DNA of 64,000 nucleotides. Source: Acetobacterium sp. GTDB taxonomy: Bacteria > Bacillota > Clostridia > Eubacteriales > Eubacteriaceae. Both the position numbers and the translations under genes were made by a program. Below the pieces are notes generated by a model. It worked only from the letters and a program-made list of their open reading frames with translations, had not been told where the DNA came from and made no database searches. The stretch is from assembly GCA_028692885.1 (NCBI GenBank), contig JAQUWM010000002.1, positions 15,403 through 79,402 on the forward strand, read 5' to 3'. Shown here one piece after another: positions 62,329 to 64,000 of this stretch. Each line of letters opens with the position of its first letter. Position 1 is the stretch's first letter.

Positions 62329-64000
62329 ATGAAATATAAGATTGCACTGGTGGGAAATCCCAACTCGGGAAAGACTACCCTTTTTAACTGCCTTACCGGC
62401 AGTAATCTCTATGTCGGAAATTGGCCGGGGGTAACGGTCGAAAAAAAAGAAGGAAATCTGAGAGACACCGAAAAGGATATTACCCTGGTGGACCTGCCGG
62501 GAATTTATTCATTGGCACCGTATTCCATCGATGAGATTGTGTCCCGTAATTTTCTGCTGGAAGAACGACCGGATCTGATCATCAACATTATTGATGCCTC
62601 CAATATTGAACGAAATCTTTATTTAAGTACCCAACTGATGGAGCTTGATTGCCCTATAATTGGAGCCTTGAACATGATCGATGTGGTTCAGAAAGCCGGG
62701 GTCGAAATTGACATCCAAAAGATGGAAAAAATCTTCGGTTATCCCTTTATTGAAATATCTGCGCAAAAAGAAACGGGAATCGATGAACTGATCAAATTGG
62801 TTGAAAAAACTGTCGGCATCAAAAAAATAAAAGAATTTCCGCAGATATTTCCTGCCGAAGTAATGGTGCTGTTTGATGAGTTTGACCAGCTCGTTCAAAA
62901 TAAGTATCCGGAGGTTTTGGCAGATTATCCCCATCTTTTTCGAGTCATCAAATTGATTGAAAAAGATGAAGAGGTGTTGTTGAAAATCCATGATAACACT
63001 GATCTACTGGAAGATATTTATGCCGTCAGAAAGAAAATTGAAGCGGTATCAAATCATGACGTCGATAGCGCTATTGCCGATTATCGGTATCGCTTTATTA
63101 CCGCCGGAATCAGTCAGGCAACCCGGAAAACCAGAGAAAATACGATCCAATTTCAGGAAAAATTGGATAAGGTATTAATGAACCGCTATGCCGCCCTGCC
63201 GATTTTCTTTTTCTTTATGTTTGTTATCTATTATGTCTCAATTACTCTGGTGGGGGAGATTACCATCGGCGGGATTGAGTGGTTTATCAATGATGTCCTG
63301 ATGGTTACGGTAGCAACAGGGTTGGGTAGCCTTGGTGCTGCTGACTGGATCATCGCCCTGATCAATGACGGGATTATCACCGGGGTTGGTGCGGTACTGA
63401 CCTTTGTGCCCCAATTGGTGGTGCTCTTCATTTTCATTTCCATTCTGGAAGACAGTGGCTATATGGCCCGGGTCGCCTTTATTATGGATCGGATTTTTAG
63501 ACATTTTGGTTTATCAGGAAAATCCTTTATCCCGATGGTGGTCGGATTGGGGTGTTCAGTTCCCGGAATTATGGCAACCCGGACTCTCGAAAATGAACGG
63601 GAACGTAAGTTGACAGCGGTATTGACGCCCTTTATATCTTGTGGTGCCAAGATGCCGATTTATGTCTTGATGGCTTCGGTATTTTTTGGAGAGTATCAGA
63701 CCCTGTTGGTGTTCTCGCTCTATCTGGTGAGCTTAACCGTAGTATTCACCTCAGGATTTGTCCTTTCAAAAACCTGGTTTAAGGGAGCAGATTCCGGTTA
63801 TCTGCTGGAGATTCCACCACTGCGGTTGCCAAAGCTGAAGAACACAGCGACCCAGGTGTGGGAACGAATCAAAGAATTTATTGTCCGGGCTGGAACGATC
63901 ATTTTTGCGGCATCGGTGGTGCTATGGTTTTTACAAAGCTTTACCCTAGGTTTCCAAATGGTGGATTCGCCGGAGCAAAGTATCCTGGCCATGTTTGGAA
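62329..64000 (+). CDS. feoB: Ferrous iron transport protein B (partial, runs off the window)
   Basis: Manual translation: GNPNSGKTTLFN, GNWPGVTVE, DLPGIYS, LEDSGYMAR, GLGCSVP. Confidence 0.96.
   Translation, partial: MKYKIALVGNPNSGKTTLFNCLTGSNLYVGNWPGVTVEKKEGNLRDTEKDITLVDLPGIYSLAPYSIDEIVSRNFLLEERPDLIINIIDASNIERNLYLSTQLMELDCPIIGALNMIDVVQKAGVEIDIQKMEKIFGYPFIEISAQKETGIDELIKLVEKTVGIKKIKEFPQIFPAEVMVLFDEFDQLVQNKYPEVLADYPHLFRVIKLIEKDEEVLLKIHDNTDLLEDIYAVRKKIEAVSNHDVDSAIADYRYRFITAGISQATRKTRENTIQFQEKLDKVLMNRYAALPIFFFFMFVIYYVSITLVGEITIGGIEWFINDVLMVTVATGLGSLGAADWIIALINDGIITGVGAVLTFVPQLVVLFIFISILEDSGYMARVAFIMDRIFRHFGLSGKSFIPMVVGLGCSVPGIMATRTLENERERKLTAVLTPFISCGAKMPIYVLMASVFFGEYQTLLVFSLYLVSLTVVFTSGFVLSKTWFKGADSGYLLEIPPLRLPKLKNTATQVWERIKEFIVRAGTIIFAASVVLWFLQSFTLGFQMVDSPEQSILAMFG

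Overview
Chromosomal segment of a low-GC anaerobic Firmicute. Gene content suggests Acetobacterium/Eubacteriaceae, but that is inference. The first ~6.7 kb is the end of a phage-satellite (PICI/SaPI-like) island integrated at the 3' end of tRNA-Ala(GGC). It has an integrase and a repressor on the + strand. On the - strand it has cro-like, xis, CHC2 Zn-finger and SF3 helicase genes, an iteron origin, a Ppi-like gene and hypothetical genes. A small islet follows (cytoplasmic PocR-type kinase, AraC response regulator, SatP-family channel, permease with a sigma54-type promoter). The rest is mostly core genome: dnaX-ebfC-recR, ptsI-ptsH, ytxH/ytxG-like genes, rsbVW-sigB, an EF-G paralog, xpt, murI, trpS, addBA, ABC transporters, an S8/ChW protease, ridA, uppS-cdsA-rseP-ispG-polC, ftsEX with two M23 paralogs, ctpA, uvrBA and feoAB. 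The most notable observations are: (1) the satellite and its tyrosine integrase carrying an internal XRE-like HTH insert; (2) an in-frame TGA in the Zn-finger gene; (3) a structured 85-bp intergenic repeat family at three loci, whose second hairpin changes sequence but keeps its pairing; (4) several ORF-less promoter-terminator units or structured leaders that are candidate sRNAs. All calls come from reading the sequence; no searches were run.
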